Source of the DNA: a virus
Lineage: Duplodnaviria > Caudoviricetes
Strand: one strand, 5' to 3'
DNA length: 36,760 bases
Virus record (IMG/VR): IMGVR_UViG_3300017911_000379
Coordinates: 1 to 36,760 of that record
Part shown: one piece after another, positions 35,817-36,760 of the stretch
Numbering within the stretch: position 1 is the first letter of the stretch
Layout of the letters: each line of letters starts with the position of its first letter
Position numbers and translations under genes: made by a program
The notes under the pieces: generated by a model
What the model saw: the letters and a program-made list of their open reading frames with translations, nothing else
Databases searched by the model: none
What the model was told of the DNA's origin: nothing

Positions 35817-36760
35817 TGGCATACGTTAAGTTAGATATACCAGCTGGCGTAGTTAATCATGGCACAGATAGTGAAGCCTCTGGCAGATGGCGCGACACTA
35901 ATTTAGTACGCTGGGAAAATGGCTCATTGCGACCTGTTGGCGGCTGGCAGCATAAAACGCAAAATAGTGCGCTTGGGCAAGTTATAATACTGCTTACTGA
36001 AAATGTGAATAGCCCTGAGAAGATAAGGGCAATGACTGCATGGAAAAGTAACAACGGCACATCACATCTCGCAGCTGGGTCACATAAAGAATTATATCAT
36101 GTGCTAGAAGATGGTACTGATACTAATATAACGCCTGTTGGTTTTTCTACACTAGGGACTGCAGATTCAGCAGCAAACTTAGGTTATGGCAAATATTATT
36201 ATGGGCGAGGTCTTTATGGCGTACAGCGACCAAACGATGGTACGTTAGAGGAAGCATCTTCATGGTCATTAGACACATGGGGAGAGTACCTAGTTGGATG
36301 TCACAATGTTGATGGCAAGATATATGAGTGGACGTTAAATACATCTAACCCTGCAGCGCAAATCTCTAATGCTCCAGTTAATAATAAAGCGATAGTAGTT
36401 ACAGAAGAGAGGTTTTTATTTGCATTAGGGGCTGGTGGCAACCTGAAAAAAGTAGCGTGGTGTGATAGAGAGGACAATACAACATGGACGGCAGCAGCAA
36501 CAAACGAAGCTGGCGATATAGAGCTACACACAACAGGTGAAATACAGTTAGGAATAAGGGTGCGTGGTCGTACGCTTATACTAACAACTGTAGATGCACA
36601 CGCTGCTACTTATAGTGGACCGCCAGCAGTGTTTGGGTTTGAAAGAGTGGGGCAAGAGTGTGGCGCTATCTCTAGGCACTGTGCAGTAGCTATTGATGAG
36701 GGCGCCTTTTGGATGGGTGCTAATGGGTTTTTCCAATACAATGGGTCTGCCGTGCAAGAG
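35816..36760 (+). CDS. Tail tubular / DNA-stabilisation protein (P22 gp10-like), 5' part; continues through the junction to 735 (about 512 aa in total)
   Basis: ATG at 35816 overlaps the holin TAA. It reads MAYVKLDIPAGVVNHGTDSEASGRWRDTNLVRWENGSLRPVGGW..., and position 36620 (= position 1) is a codon start in the frame of ORF 10..735. Missed by the ORF track because it crosses the end. Confidence 0.75.
   Translation, partial: MAYVKLDIPAGVVNHGTDSEASGRWRDTNLVRWENGSLRPVGGWQHKTQNSALGQVIILLTENVNSPEKIRAMTAWKSNNGTSHLAAGSHKELYHVLEDGTDTNITPVGFSTLGTADSAANLGYGKYYYGRGLYGVQRPNDGTLEEASSWSLDTWGEYLVGCHNVDGKIYEWTLNTSNPAAQISNAPVNNKAIVVTEERFLFALGAGGNLKKVAWCDREDNTTWTAAATNEAGDIELHTTGEIQLGIRVRGRTLILTTVDAHAATYSGPPAVFGFERVGQECGAISRHCAVAIDEGAFWMGANGFFQYNGSAVQE
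36620..36760. repeat. Terminal direct repeat, copy 2
   Basis: Exact copy of 1-141. Confidence 0.95.

Noticed and set aside
36620-36760. 141-bp repeat as a biological terminal repeat or att site
   Set aside because: It lies mid-gene and its length matches a common assembler k-mer, so it is best explained as circular overlap
1-36760. Stop-codon reassignment
   Set aside because: TAA, TAG and TGA all end genes at coupled boundaries, and coding density is high under the standard code

Overview
This window looks like a complete, circularly assembled genome of a tailed dsDNA phage, about 36.6 kb. Bases 1-141 are repeated exactly at 36620-36760, and one tail gene reads through that junction. The morphogenesis genes are podovirus-like: TerS/TerL, adaptor, P22 gp10-like tail tube, ejection proteins, portal, acidic scaffold and major capsid, with no tape measure or sheath gene. 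A lambdoid-style early region carries a replication initiator with iterons, NinB/NinG-like genes, a Rad52-like annealase, an exonuclease and SSB, but I see no integrase, CI repressor or DNA polymerase. The gene families resemble those of marine proteobacterial phages (inference). The most unusual features are: (1) a GTA-type head-spike locus in which each fibre gene appears to end with the first beta-strand of the next fibre's domain, suggesting a daisy-chained fibre; (2) a 1281-aa modular protein whose modules, including a SAM methyltransferase, are separated by repeated hydrophobic + AxA-type linkers; (3) an intergenic three-way-junction/pseudoknot RNA candidate upstream of a self-contained small membrane-peptide gene; (4) a cassette of secreted proteins between two holin-like genes; (5) three very basic mini-proteins behind a terminator; (6) apparent absence of GATC, GGCC and CCGG. 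All family calls come from motif recognition by eye; no searches were run.
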